Below, in pieces: positions 1-9,610 of a stretch of DNA of 64,000 nucleotides. The DNA comes from a virus, in IMG/VR virus record IMGVR_UViG_3300029267_002377, positions 44,854-108,853 of that record. One strand, 5' to 3'. The notes beneath the pieces are model-generated. The model was not told the DNA's origin. It saw only the letters and a program-made list of their open reading frames with translations, and did no database searches. Position 1 is the stretch's first letter. Each line of letters opens with the position of its first letter. The translations under genes and the position numbers were made by a program.

Positions 1-1
1 A

Positions 2-2125
2 TCCGCTGGAATTGAAATACTAGATAGTGATGTTCACTCAATACTGTTCCCTTTCCAAAGGGATCTCACCAAATGGGCCGTGAGAAAGGGCCGGGCCGCT
101 ATTTTTGCGGATACTGGTCTTGGTAAAACTTTAATGCAACTAGAATGGGCCAGACTCATTGGTAAAGATACTTTGATTATTGCTCCCCTGACTGTAGCTA
201 GGCAGACTGTCAAGGAAGGTAGAAAATTAGGTTTGAATGTGACCTATGTTAGATCGGAGGATGAGCTAAATGGTAAATTGAACATCACAAATTACGAGAT
301 GGTAGAGAAGTTTGATCCGGGTTTATTTGGGGCGGTTGTTTTAGACGAGTCAAGTATTTTGAAATCTCTCACTGGGAAAACACGTCAAAAAGTAACCGAG
401 ATGTTCGCCCAGACCCCATATAAGCTTTGCTGTACAGCTACTCCAGCTCCCAATGATATTGCCGAGATAGCCAATCATTCTGAGTTTTTAGGAATTATGA
501 CTCGTGTGGATATGATGGCCGCGTTTTTTGTCCATGATGATAAGGGTTGGCGATTAAAGGGTCATGCGGTGGAGCCATTTTATCGTTGGATGGCCAGTTG
601 GGGTATGAGTGTTAAGAAGCCTTCTGATCTGGGATATGATGATGATGGATTCGTTTTGCCCCCACTGGAAATCAAACCAATTTTCGTTGAATCGAATTAT
701 TGTCCCCCGGGCCAGCTTTTTTTCACGGGGCTAAGGGGGATTCAGGATCGTCTGGCAGTTCGCAGAGAAACGATTGACGCTAGAGCTGGGACCGTTGCCG
801 ATTTGATAAATGGATGTAATGAACAATGGATTGTTTGGTGTGGACTAAATGATGAGAGCAAAAGAGTATCTGGTTTGATCTCTGATTCAATCGAAGTATC
901 AGGAAGTGATGATATTGAGACTAAAATTAAAGCCATAGAGGGGTTTCAAGATGGTAAATATAGAGTACTAGTAACCAAACCCAAAATTGCTGGATTTGGA
1001 ATGAATTTTCAAAACTCTCACAAGATGGCGTTTATGGGATTATCGGATTCTTGGGAGAGCTATTATCAGTGTATACGTCGCCAATATCGTTTTATGCAAA
1101 AACACCCTGTTGACGTTTATATTGTTTTGTCAGATGTGGAGGAGGCAATATGGCAAAATATAAAGAGTAAGGAAAATCAGGCGGACCGTATGAGCGAGAA
1201 ATTGATTAACTATGTTAAGGAATTCGAGAAAGCAGAGATTGGGAGGCTACAATTGAATGGCCATTACATAGAGGATACGACAAGTGGTAACGGGTGGAAA
1301 ATGATGCTTGGGGATAGCGTAGAAGGTATGGGAGAGATTGAGGATGGGTCGGTTGACTTGTCTGTCTTCTCCCCACCGTTTCTTTCTCTTTATACGTATT
1401 CCCCAACGGAGAGAGACGTTGGCAATTGTTCATCGGATGAGGAGTTTTTTCAACATTTCTCCTATATTATTGAACATTTGTTAAGAGTAACAAAACCTGG
1501 GAGGCTATGCGCAGTTCACTGTGCTGATGTCGCAGCAACCTTAGTTAAGGATGGGTTTATCGGTGTGAAGGATTTTTCAGGTAACCTAATTGATGCCTAT
1601 CTGGATAAAGGATGGATATATCATGGTCGTGTAACGATTGATAAAAACCCCCAAGCAGTGGCTGTTAGAACTCATGCAAAGGGATTAATGTTTAAACAGC
1701 TAGAGAAAGATAGCTCTTGGTTATCCCCAGCCTTAGCTGATTATATTTTGGTTTTTCGCAAGCCCGGTGAGAACCAAATTCCGATCAAATCGGATATTGA
1801 CCGCGAGACGTGGATTGAGTGGGCACACCCAATCTGGTACAATATCCGCGAATCGGATACCTTACAATACAGGAGTGCAAAAGAACACAGGGATGATCGC
1901 CATATTTGTCCCCTCCAATTAGAAACTATTGAGCGTTGTATCCGTTTGTGGTCAAACCCAGGGGAATTGATTTGTTCGCCTTTTGCAGGGATTGGCAGTG
2001 AGGGTTACGTGGCACTTAAATTTGGGCGTAGGTTTGTTGGGATTGAGTTAAAAAAGAGTTATTACGATCAGGCAGTTGGTAATCTTAGAGATGTTGTTCA
2101 TAAGGTAGGGAACAGGTTATTTTGA
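2..2125 (+). CDS. SNF2-type helicase fused to a C-terminal N4/N6 DNA methyltransferase (5' end lies outside the window)
   Basis: Walker A ADTGLGKT, LDESS, TATP and helicase C motifs, then FSPPF and SPFAGIGS methyltransferase motifs; frame is open from base 2. Confidence 0.9.
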   Translation, partial: SAGIEILDSDVHSILFPFQRDLTKWAVRKGRAAIFADTGLGKTLMQLEWARLIGKDTLIIAPLTVARQTVKEGRKLGLNVTYVRSEDELNGKLNITNYEMVEKFDPGLFGAVVLDESSILKSLTGKTRQKVTEMFAQTPYKLCCTATPAPNDIAEIANHSEFLGIMTRVDMMAAFFVHDDKGWRLKGHAVEPFYRWMASWGMSVKKPSDLGYDDDGFVLPPLEIKPIFVESNYCPPGQLFFTGLRGIQDRLAVRRETIDARAGTVADLINGCNEQWIVWCGLNDESKRVSGLISDSIEVSGSDDIETKIKAIEGFQDGKYRVLVTKPKIAGFGMNFQNSHKMAFMGLSDSWESYYQCIRRQYRFMQKHPVDVYIVLSDVEEAIWQNIKSKENQADRMSEKLINYVKEFEKAEIGRLQLNGHYIEDTTSGNGWKMMLGDSVEGMGEIEDGSVDLSVFSPPFLSLYTYSPTERDVGNCSSDEEFFQHFSYIIEHLLRVTKPGRLCAVHCADVAATLVKDGFIGVKDFSGNLIDAYLDKGWIYHGRVTIDKNPQAVAVRTHAKGLMFKQLEKDSSWLSPALADYILVFRKPGENQIPIKSDIDRETWIEWAHPIWYNIRESDTLQYRSAKEHRDDRHICPLQLETIERCIRLWSNPGELICSPFAGIGSEGYVALKFGRRFVGIELKKSYYDQAVGNLRDVVHKVGNRLF

Positions 2126-3837
2126 TACATATTAACAAGCTTCCGGATTGGTGGCCATCAGTTGTGGGGCTGGATATCGAAGTTGAGGTGGGAGGGGGCT
2201 TTCCTAACCCTTTTGAAAATAAAATCGCTACTATTCAGGTGGGCTGTCCTGACGGGGATGTTTACCTACTAACTGAAGATTTTGAGAGACTTAACACACT
2301 CCTGTATAATACCAGTATTTTAAAGGTAATCCATAACGCTGGCTTTGATGCAAAATGGATAAAACGACAGTTAGGTATAAATGTATCCCCAATCTGGGAT
2401 ACCTTTCTAATGGAACGGATTCTAACCGCTGGGACGTTATTGAGATGCGATTTAGCTTCTACAATCTGGAGGAGAACAGAGATTCTAATTGAAAAGCCAG
2501 AGGTAAAGTTCCGGCTAGGCCAGCAGTTATCTGAGAGGCAGTTGGGTTATGTTGAAGATGATGTGAAGCACTTAGTTGGGATATATGAAGTACAGAAAAA
2601 AGGGGTTAAGAAGGAAGATTTAAGCAAAATCTGTGGGTTAGAGCATGATTTACTTCCTGTTTTAATTGATATGGAGTTGCATGGTGTTCAACTGGATGTG
2701 AATGCTTGGGAGGAAGTAGTTCAAGGTGAGTTAGGGCTTGCTAACGAGGCTGCACAGACTATGTGCAAGGGTCTCAATTTGCCAGCTCATATGGACAGCT
2801 TATTCAGCGGGTTTGTTCCGCCTATCAACTTAGATTCCTGGCAGCAAGTGTTGGGAGTAATGGAGCGGTCTGGTATACGTTTGCCAAACGCTCGAGATGC
2901 TACATTGGAAGAGTACCTTAAAAAACATCCTAATTGTATCCCCGTTAGAGCCTGGAGGAGTTATAAGGAACATAAGAAACTTGCTTCTTGGGATTATCCT
3001 AAATACATTAACAGAGTGACAAGCCGGGTTCACACTAGCTACAATCAGGTTGGCGCTGATACAGGTCGGCTATCAAGCAGAAATCCCAACTTGCAGAATG
3101 TACCTCGAAAATCAAGGGTACGCAGGATTTTCATTCCTAGCAAGGGATATGTGTTTGTTTGTGCAGATTACAGCCAGCAAGAGATGCGGGTTATGGCTGA
3201 GGTTTCTGGAGATAAAGCCCTTAGACAAGTTTGTAGGGAAAGCGATCCACATTTGGCGAATGCCCGGGTCATTTTCAACGATCCAGGTTTGGAGGAACTG
3301 GTAGGTGAAAAACGAACTGTAGTCAAGAACACAGGATTTGCAATGAATTATGGTGCAGGGCCTGAGACGTTTGCTCAAAGTTCTGGTATTAGTATCGGTG
3401 ATGCAAAAGTAATCTTACATATATTGAGATCAAGGTATCCGGATGTTTTCAAATGGGGAGACAGTCAGATCAAGCTCCTGCACAGAAATGGCTATGTCCA
3501 GACGATCTGGGGTCGTAAAAGGTGGTTCCCAGAGGCAACAGAGCTTAATTCTAAAGAGATAGGAAAGTACAGCACACTTGCCCGTAATACCCCTATTCAA
3601 TCATCCTCGGCTGATATGATGAAAAGAGCGATGGTTAGAATCGCAAAAGCGTTAAAAGACTGTGATGCTCATTTAGTTTTATCAATCCATGATGAGGTTG
3701 TAGTTGAGGCCAGGGAGGAGCAGGCACAGGAAGTTGCTCGAATTGTTGAAAATGAGATGGAATCGGCAGCAGGGGAAATGGTTAAATCAATTCCTTGCCC
3801 TGCAGAAGCAAAAGTTGCCCCATGTTGGGTAAAATAG
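2122..3837 (+). CDS. polA: family A DNA polymerase with 3'-5' exonuclease domain
   Basis: Exo motifs LDIE, HNAGFD, YVEDD; TGRLSSRNPNLQN; motif A DYSQQEMR, motif B KNTGFAMNYG, motif C IHDE. Confidence 0.95.
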   Translation: MIHINKLPDWWPSVVGLDIEVEVGGGFPNPFENKIATIQVGCPDGDVYLLTEDFERLNTLLYNTSILKVIHNAGFDAKWIKRQLGINVSPIWDTFLMERILTAGTLLRCDLASTIWRRTEILIEKPEVKFRLGQQLSERQLGYVEDDVKHLVGIYEVQKKGVKKEDLSKICGLEHDLLPVLIDMELHGVQLDVNAWEEVVQGELGLANEAAQTMCKGLNLPAHMDSLFSGFVPPINLDSWQQVLGVMERSGIRLPNARDATLEEYLKKHPNCIPVRAWRSYKEHKKLASWDYPKYINRVTSRVHTSYNQVGADTGRLSSRNPNLQNVPRKSRVRRIFIPSKGYVFVCADYSQQEMRVMAEVSGDKALRQVCRESDPHLANARVIFNDPGLEELVGEKRTVVKNTGFAMNYGAGPETFAQSSGISIGDAKVILHILRSRYPDVFKWGDSQIKLLHRNGYVQTIWGRKRWFPEATELNSKEIGKYSTLARNTPIQSSSADMMKRAMVRIAKALKDCDAHLVLSIHDEVVVEAREEQAQEVARIVENEMESAAGEMVKSIPCPAEAKVAPCWVK

Positions 3838-3846
3838 GAGGTCAAA

Positions 3847-5019
3847 GTGAACCTAACTGTAAGTGCAAGTCAATTAAGAGACGTAGTTAATTTTATGGCT
3901 GGGAACGTCCCGAACCGGCCCATAGAGCCTATCCTAAAGGCAACCCGTTTGAACGCCCAAGGAGATTTGCTCACCCTGTCTGCTACAGATCATATAGTCT
4001 GGGTCCGCCAAGCCATTCCTGCCCAAGTCAAAACCCCAGGAGAGATTTATGTAGATGCTGAGCTCCTCAGCGGTATTGCAAAATCCCTGGGCGAGGGGGA
4101 GGTCAAACTATCCTCCAAGAAGAGATTAACTATCACTCAGTCAGGGAAGCGACGGTCCCTACCACCAATGGATGGAGAGGGGTTTCCAGAAGAACCGTGC
4201 CCGGAGTTCAAGGTAGGTTGGGATCAGTCAGTGCAGTCATTTATTTACCGAGCAGAGCAGGTTGGGTTTGCTGTTTCTCAAGATATGTCTCGGCCCATTC
4301 TCATGGGAATCAATATGGACATGAAGAATCAGCTTATGGTTGGCGCTGATGGCTTCCGTATGGCTATTTACAAAACCGACTTTGGGGACGCCGATCTAAA
4401 ACCTACTTTTTCAATGAGGTTTCTTCAGGAGGTTAAGCGGTCGGGGATGGGAGGGACAATCTTAATTTCTGTATCCGAAACCTGGATCCGAGGATTGAGT
4501 GAGGACGGGCTAATTGCAGTGTGGGCCAAAGGGCTGTCTGGAGCCTACCCCACAGAGGCAGCTCAAATCACCAAAGCTATGTTAGAAAAGGATGGCATAG
4601 AGTTAGAGATTGAGAAGGCGCCGCTTGTGCAATCATTAAGCTTGGCCTGCCTCTACTCAGACCGAGCTAGGAACTCTAGTGAAGATGCAATCCTCTACCT
4701 GGTAGCTGACAAGGGAAAGGTCCGACTGGAGATGACAGTTCCTAGTATCGCGGAGCTTAAGGACAATATTCCGGGAGAAGCTGGTGGAGACCTGATGGTT
4801 AAGTTGGAGCCTCACTACTTCCTAGGGATTGTCAATCATGTGGATGCAGACACAGTTAAAATCCGCTACTTTGATGCAGGCAAGCCTATTCTAATTACAG
4901 ACCCAAACAGTGTTGGCTGGGCCGCTGTGCTGACTCAGATGATTGTCCGAGAGCCTTCGAGCCCAGTTCAGCAAGTTGTAGACAAGTATACTGAGGAGGA
5001 TAATGAAGGAGATTTCTAA
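3847..5019 (+). CDS. dnaN: DNA polymerase III beta-like sliding clamp
   Basis: PIL..LTLSATD, SRPILMGI, GADGFRMA motifs; 390 aa. Confidence 0.85.
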   Translation: MNLTVSASQLRDVVNFMAGNVPNRPIEPILKATRLNAQGDLLTLSATDHIVWVRQAIPAQVKTPGEIYVDAELLSGIAKSLGEGEVKLSSKKRLTITQSGKRRSLPPMDGEGFPEEPCPEFKVGWDQSVQSFIYRAEQVGFAVSQDMSRPILMGINMDMKNQLMVGADGFRMAIYKTDFGDADLKPTFSMRFLQEVKRSGMGGTILISVSETWIRGLSEDGLIAVWAKGLSGAYPTEAAQITKAMLEKDGIELEIEKAPLVQSLSLACLYSDRARNSSEDAILYLVADKGKVRLEMTVPSIAELKDNIPGEAGGDLMVKLEPHYFLGIVNHVDADTVKIRYFDAGKPILITDPNSVGWAAVLTQMIVREPSSPVQQVVDKYTEEDNEGDF

Positions 5020-5788
5020 AGTTCCGCCCCATATCGCCCCGTGTGATTTGTGGGATCTAAAGGCTCAAAAAGAAACTCCGGATTATCGGTTCCTCGGTGA
5101 GTTTATCAAAACTCACGCAGAAGGGGAGAAACTGCATGGAACTGCCTTGGCTTACGCTCTCTATCTCGGTGAATTCTATTGGGCAAAGAGCCCTCCAGAG
5201 GTTGGAAAGCCTTTCAAGTATGACTACGACAAGTGGGCGATGTCGTGGTCTGGCAAACCAGATATCCGTCCCTACGTTCGGGTTGGCGAGCTCCTTTATC
5301 AAATGCGGTACGGGCTACTCCCTATCCCAGATCAGGTTATATTGCGAGATGCAGATGGAGAGGAAGTTACAGCAGTCGATAAGGAGACTCAGGAGGAATC
5401 TCTTGTTGTAGTAGAACCAGACGTATTTTCAACCGGTGTGAATTATACCAAACTACTTTTATCTAAGAGAAAGGCGCAGGATCCAGATACTGGGCTAACA
5501 GACGAGGATTGGGGATTACTGTTAAACCCAGATGTGACTGTTGAGCAGTACCGTCAGCACTTATTGCAAGGCCCGGGGTATGGATGGGATACAGATCCTG
5601 GAAGGTTTCGAGCCAGGCAAGAAGGACCCATGATTCTTGTCAGCGAGGGAGGAAGGGAAGTTGAGTATATAGGTATGGATGGGCTTAATACTCAAGGTTT
5701 AGAAGATAGAGACCCGCTTTTGTTGAAAGCCCACTCAAAGTTGTGTAGATCTTTAGGAATGAGGGATGAATACGCAGGAGATTTCTGA
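5003..5788 (+). CDS. hypothetical protein
   Basis: 261-aa ORF with GAGGAGG RBS, coupled to its neighbours. Confidence 0.7.
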   Translation: MKEISKVPPHIAPCDLWDLKAQKETPDYRFLGEFIKTHAEGEKLHGTALAYALYLGEFYWAKSPPEVGKPFKYDYDKWAMSWSGKPDIRPYVRVGELLYQMRYGLLPIPDQVILRDADGEEVTAVDKETQEESLVVVEPDVFSTGVNYTKLLLSKRKAQDPDTGLTDEDWGLLLNPDVTVEQYRQHLLQGPGYGWDTDPGRFRARQEGPMILVSEGGREVEYIGMDGLNTQGLEDRDPLLLKAHSKLCRSLGMRDEYAGDF

Positions 5789-6125
5789 GTTAGGTTCCGA
5801 CCTAGAGCGCGCCTTCGAGACGCAGGTCAAAATAGCAGGTCTCCCAGAGCCAGTGCGGGAGTACCATTTTCATCCCTTTAGAGACTATAGAGCAGACTTC
5901 GCCTGGCCAGGACATTTGATTTTAGTAGAGTGTCAGGGACTGACTTGGGTGCCTGGAAAAGGTCACGCTAGGGGGTCGCAGTACGAGAAAGACGTCAAGA
6001 AGCACAACTCGGCCGTTCGCTTGGGATGGAGAGTGTTTTGGATTACAACTTCGATGTTAAGAGTAGATCCAGCCTCATTTATGGAGATGCTGGGAGAAAT
6101 GATGGGAGTGGAAACTTATGACTGA
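5766..6125 (+). CDS. DUF559/Vsr-like PD-(D/E)XK endonuclease
   Basis: REYHFHP..YRADFAWP..VECQG..KHNSA..GWRVF. Confidence 0.75.
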   Translation: MNTQEISELGSDLERAFETQVKIAGLPEPVREYHFHPFRDYRADFAWPGHLILVECQGLTWVPGKGHARGSQYEKDVKKHNSAVRLGWRVFWITTSMLRVDPASFMEMLGEMMGVETYD

Positions 6126-6264
6126 GATTCAATGGAGAGCATTCTCACTAATTGTGAGGGCCTTGGGCATATTGCTATTCGAACTAGTAGGGAGGGATGA
6201 TCCCCTTGTGGACACTTGGCAAAATGATATTGTCTCCTTTTTCGAGCAGGAGAGAGACAAATGA
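6118..6264 (+). CDS. small hypothetical protein (48 aa)
   Basis: Read manually; fills the gap and overlaps the stop/start codons on both sides. Confidence 0.45.
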   Translation: MTEIQWRAFSLIVRALGILLFELVGRDDPLVDTWQNDIVSFFEQERDK

Positions 6265-6995
6265 GGTATCTGAGTCATAGCCAGATAAGTTCGTACGAAA
6301 GATGTCCTTTCCAGTGGTACGCTTCCTACGTTTTGAGGTACAGAAGAGAATCCAACGCTGATTTTGCAGAGGGCCGAGCAGTTCACGCTGCGATAGCTTC
6401 TCACTGGCAAGGGAACAAATACTGGGAGAAGACCTTACGGGCTAACTTGGATAAGGAGCTCGAGGGTATCGAATTGGAGCCCCCTCCAGGATTTGGGCAA
6501 GTTGAGAAAGCTGAATTAGTAAACTCTATTTTCACTCGAGACAGTGTTCTGATTCGCAATATGCTTGACTTATTGGAAACAAAGTTCGGAGATGGAGTTG
6601 AGACGATAGAAGTTGAAAGGAAACAGAAGAAAAATGGGTTTGTTGGGGTTATAGACTGGCGAGGCAGGCTCAATTCTGTTGAGTACATTATTGACTGGAA
6701 GACTTCGGGCAAAGCCTACAAGGAAGAACGAGTTCACGAAGATGAGCAGTTGACGGCTTACGCTGCCTTAACTGGGGTTCGGCACGTTGCGTTTGGAGTG
6801 ATGAATAAAAGCGACTTGACGGTTCAATTTCTGACCAGTGCCCGGACCAAAGATGAGTGTACTGCTTATTGGGAAAAGGTTGAGTACATTCGGAGCTTAA
6901 TGGACGCCGAGGGGCCCTACGCTCCTTGTAACGAGGGGTGGTGGTGTAATTGGTGTTCTTTTCAGCGAATGTGCCCGCTATTTGGGGACTTCTAA
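6261..6995 (+). CDS. RecB/Cas4-like PD-(D/E)XK exonuclease with four conserved Cys
   Basis: LSHSQISSYERCP, GVID, IIDWKTS, QLTAYA, CNWCSFQRMCP. Confidence 0.85.
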   Translation: MRYLSHSQISSYERCPFQWYASYVLRYRRESNADFAEGRAVHAAIASHWQGNKYWEKTLRANLDKELEGIELEPPPGFGQVEKAELVNSIFTRDSVLIRNMLDLLETKFGDGVETIEVERKQKKNGFVGVIDWRGRLNSVEYIIDWKTSGKAYKEERVHEDEQLTAYAALTGVRHVAFGVMNKSDLTVQFLTSARTKDECTAYWEKVEYIRSLMDAEGPYAPCNEGWWCNWCSFQRMCPLFGDF

Positions 6996-6996
6996 A

Positions 6997-7086
6997 CAAG
7001 GCTGGGTTGGGCAGGATTTGGCCAGGTAAGGCCGAGTTGGGCCCGGCTTGGTAAGGTGGGGCGAGGCTTGGTTAGGCAGGGCAAGG
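6997..7086 (+). repeat. degenerate 5-bp-period (NNNGG)x18 tandem repeat
   Basis: caagg ctggg ttggg cagga tttgg ccagg taagg ccgag ttggg cccgg cttgg taagg tgggg cgagg cttgg ttagg caggg caagg. Confidence 0.85.
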
Positions 7087-7403
7087 ACAGACTGAGGTTA
7101 AAACAGAACTTAGTAACAGAACGAGGATCTAAATGCGAATGCTGCGGTGAGAATGCGATTTTGGACCTGCACGAGGGCATCGTCACCAGGGCTGATGCTG
7201 GGAGAGACTGGAAGGATCTAATATTTGTTCCTTACAACTGTTTTCTCCTGTGTCGAAATTGTCACACAAATTGGGGTAAAGTCTTTCCTAGGGAGAAAGC
7301 GTGGGAAGTTTCTTGCGAGCGGTATGGAGAGGAGGCAGTGAGAGAATGGTATAAAACTTTGCCGTGGAAAATAGGAGTGCCGAGGAGGTTTTGGGATGAA
7401 TGA
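7056..7403 (+). CDS. HNH-like zinc-binding nuclease
   Basis: CECCG..DLHE..NCFLLCRNCH. Confidence 0.7.
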   Translation: MGRGLVRQGKDRLRLKQNLVTERGSKCECCGENAILDLHEGIVTRADAGRDWKDLIFVPYNCFLLCRNCHTNWGKVFPREKAWEVSCERYGEEAVREWYKTLPWKIGVPRRFWDE

Positions 7404-7740
7404 AGAGAAATTTCGAGATGTTTTAGAATCAACCGTTCCTGTTATAGTCTGCTTCTACACTCCTTGGTGTCACGCCTGCCATCAAATGGATCCAGTCATA
7501 GGAAAATTGGCGGAGGAGTACAGAGGTCGGGTCAGGTTTGCAGTTGTTGATGCTTCTAAATATCCCCAGGCGGTGGCTGAGTATTATGTCAGGGCAGTCC
7601 CAACTTACATTGTTTTTGTTGACGGGAACCCTGAGGAGCGCCGAGTTGGAATCGTTTACGAGCCAGTTTTTAGGGAGTGGATAGAGAAGTGGGCACCTCT
7701 TACCAAACAAAATTCTATCAGGGAGGACCCACAAGCTTAG
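7396..7740 (+). CDS. trxA: thioredoxin
   Basis: FYTPWCHAC active site, cis-Pro motif AVPT. Confidence 0.9.
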   Translation: MNEEKFRDVLESTVPVIVCFYTPWCHACHQMDPVIGKLAEEYRGRVRFAVVDASKYPQAVAEYYVRAVPTYIVFVDGNPEERRVGIVYEPVFREWIEKWAPLTKQNSIREDPQA

Positions 7741-8033
7741 CCGCCTCCACGATCCAAAGCTTGGGAGTTCCTAAATGGGCTTTAAATTATTTATGTCCTT
7801 ATTGGGGGACATTAAAATGTTTAGAGTGTGGGGAGGATTTTCGTTTGGTGAGAGAGTGTAACTCGGAGTGTTGGGATTGTGAAAGTAATTATTTGTGCCC
7901 CTGTTGGCGGTGTGACCGGTTATGTGATTCTTGTCCTGATTTGTCAAGTTGTGAGCATATTAAGCTCAAATCTCAGCGGAGAGCGAATTTAGAGTGGTTG
8001 GCTGAGCTCCTAGGAGACGATGGGTTTTGTTGA
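7677..8033 (+). CDS. Cys-rich hypothetical protein (start uncertain)
   Basis: Multiple CxxC motifs. Confidence 0.5.
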   Translation: MDREVGTSYQTKFYQGGPTSLAASTIQSLGVPKWALNYLCPYWGTLKCLECGEDFRLVRECNSECWDCESNYLCPCWRCDRLCDSCPDLSSCEHIKLKSQRRANLEWLAELLGDDGFC

Positions 8034-8058
8034 AAAAATTCTCAGAATGTGATATAAT
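8030..8058 (+). promoter_or_regulatory. sigma70-type promoter
   Basis: TTGAAA-17 bp-TATAAT with extended -10 TG. Confidence 0.7.
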
Positions 8059-8073
8059 TAAGGGTGAAGACAC

Positions 8074-8463
8074 ATGGATTGGAATACAGATTATAGATAT
8101 GGAATATACATAGATTATACTTGGTGGCCCCACACTACTGATGGTAATAGTGACTATTATCCTCGTTACGTTAAGGAAGTGTATCCTCCAATAGAGGAAT
8201 TGCCGCGGTCTATAAACATCACTACTGTTCTCGATCAGATAGAAAGGAGGGATAAAATGATCTCAAAAAGTGTATTCAACGAAGCTCTGGCAGAAGCTGG
8301 AGTAGCAAAGAATGTTCGTCGGAAAGTTGAAAAGCTTTCCTCGAATGACTTTGAGTTTTTGATTGCTACTCTGCTAGTCAAGGCCTTTGACCCCGAGATG
8401 CTCAAGGTTTTTGAAGAGCCCGTGCAAAAGGTCAAGGTCGTTGAAGAAGAACTTCCGTTTTAG
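8074..8463 (+). CDS. hypothetical protein
   Basis: ORF downstream of the promoter; acidic EEELPF C-terminus; possible internal start at MISKS. Confidence 0.55.
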   Translation: MDWNTDYRYGIYIDYTWWPHTTDGNSDYYPRYVKEVYPPIEELPRSINITTVLDQIERRDKMISKSVFNEALAEAGVAKNVRRKVEKLSSNDFEFLIATLLVKAFDPEMLKVFEEPVQKVKVVEEELPF

Positions 8464-8501
8464 GCTTATCAGGCACAAGGATCGAAACCCACATCGTTAG
8501 G

Positions 8502-8621
8502 AGCAGTGCGGCGGCGTGGCGCTTATGACACGCACTGGCGAACACTTTATGCTTCGCGCTGAGTCAATGGTCACAGGTCGGACGTGAGCCGAAGCCAGGT
8601 GAAAGACTGGCCCGCACTGCT
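8502..8621 (+). ncRNA. tRNA-like structured RNA
   Basis: 10-bp closing stem AGCAGTGCGG/CCGCACTGCT; D-arm-like GCGTG..CACGC; T-arm-like GCCAG-GTGAAAGA-CTGGC; intergenic. Confidence 0.55.
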
Positions 8622-8627
8622 GGAATT

Positions 8628-8840
8628 ATGAGAATTATTTTAGTTTTAATGTTGTTTCTGTGTGGCTGTAGTCCACAGGAACCAAAGTGCTACAACCTAA
8701 CAATTAGTTGCCCTAGCTATAGGCAGACCTACTCAGTCAAGAGTCATTGGGTTAGCTATACCCCAACAAAGACGCTGAACTGGGTCGAGTGTGATGGGGA
8801 CTATGGGAGTGTGTCTATAGCTGGTTGTCAGTATTGGTGA
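8628..8840 (+). CDS. putative small lipoprotein
   Basis: Hydrophobic signal followed by LCGC lipobox. Confidence 0.55.
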   Translation: MRIILVLMLFLCGCSPQEPKCYNLTISCPSYRQTYSVKSHWVSYTPTKTLNWVECDGDYGSVSIAGCQYW

Positions 8841-8858
8841 GAATTTTTAAAAATTTCT
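8841..8858. repeat. palindrome GAATTTTTAAAAATTTCT, copy 1 of 5
   Basis: Core AATTTTTAAAAATT also at 21754, 26751, 35803, 43444. Confidence 0.8.
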
Positions 8859-8968
8859 GGGAGAAAGTTATGGGGGACAAAGAAGGAAAGAAAAAGGTGA
8901 AAAAGCCTGAGAAAAAGAAAGTGAAGTTGGCTCCTCCCACTAAGTGGGGACCTTGGGGGCTGTGCTGA

Positions 8969-9610
8969 TTGGTCACTTGCAAAGAGTGTGAGGCACAAAT
9001 CGGGGAGGGCCCTGGGTCACAGTTTAAGGCGATTACACATAGGCACCTCAAATATGCTCACGATATGACTGTGGATGAGTATACTGCAAAGTGGCCGGAC
9101 GCTCCGCTACGGGATACTCGACTAGTTGTGAAAGATGAGCTTCCACCAGAAGTAGATGAAGATTGTCAAGCTTTGATTGGCCACCTGAGACCGGTGCAGC
9201 AAGAGTATATCGCCGCTAGGCTCCAGTGCAAAACCAAAGATGCGGCTGCCAGGATGGTCGGGTTGTCTCCTACGACGATCTACAACTGGAAAGAGCGCCA
9301 CATTATTGAGGCACTGATTAACCGGATCCAGACAGATCACGTGTTTAAGGCGATGCACATGGTCTTGGAAGCCGCTCCTGAGGCGATACGAAACATTCGA
9401 GATTTACAATTCTCACCAGATGACCGAGTGGCTTTAAGTGCCTCAAAAGACCTAGCAGACCGAGCAGGAATCCAAGCGAGTAAGTCTGAGACGACGATTG
9501 ATATTGCAATCTATAGGGAAATGCCCACTGAGCAACTAGACCAAGAAATTACCCGGATGATAGAGAAGGAGCAAGCGCTAGAGGCACAGTACAAAGAGGT
9601 GGAAGGATGA
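8969..9610 (+). CDS. putative terminase small subunit with N-terminal C2H2 zinc finger and HTH
   Basis: CKEC..HLKYAH zinc finger; AARMVGLSPTTIYNWK HTH; VALSASKDLADRAG pattern typical of TerS. Confidence 0.6.
   Translation: MVTCKECEAQIGEGPGSQFKAITHRHLKYAHDMTVDEYTAKWPDAPLRDTRLVVKDELPPEVDEDCQALIGHLRPVQQEYIAARLQCKTKDAAARMVGLSPTTIYNWKERHIIEALINRIQTDHVFKAMHMVLEAAPEAIRNIRDLQFSPDDRVALSASKDLADRAGIQASKSETTIDIAIYREMPTEQLDQEITRMIEKEQALEAQYKEVEG

Noticed and set aside
6261-6995. CRISPR-Cas system suggested by the Cas4-like nuclease
   Set aside because: No repeat-spacer array or other cas genes seen; such nucleases are common in phage replication modules.
8837-8968. In-frame TGA (GLC-TGA-LVTCKEC) joining a small Lys-rich ORF to the TerS-like gene
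   Set aside because: The downstream hairpin loop is only ~10 nt from the UGA, and the zinc finger starts near the N-terminus in its two paralogs; two adjacent genes is simpler.
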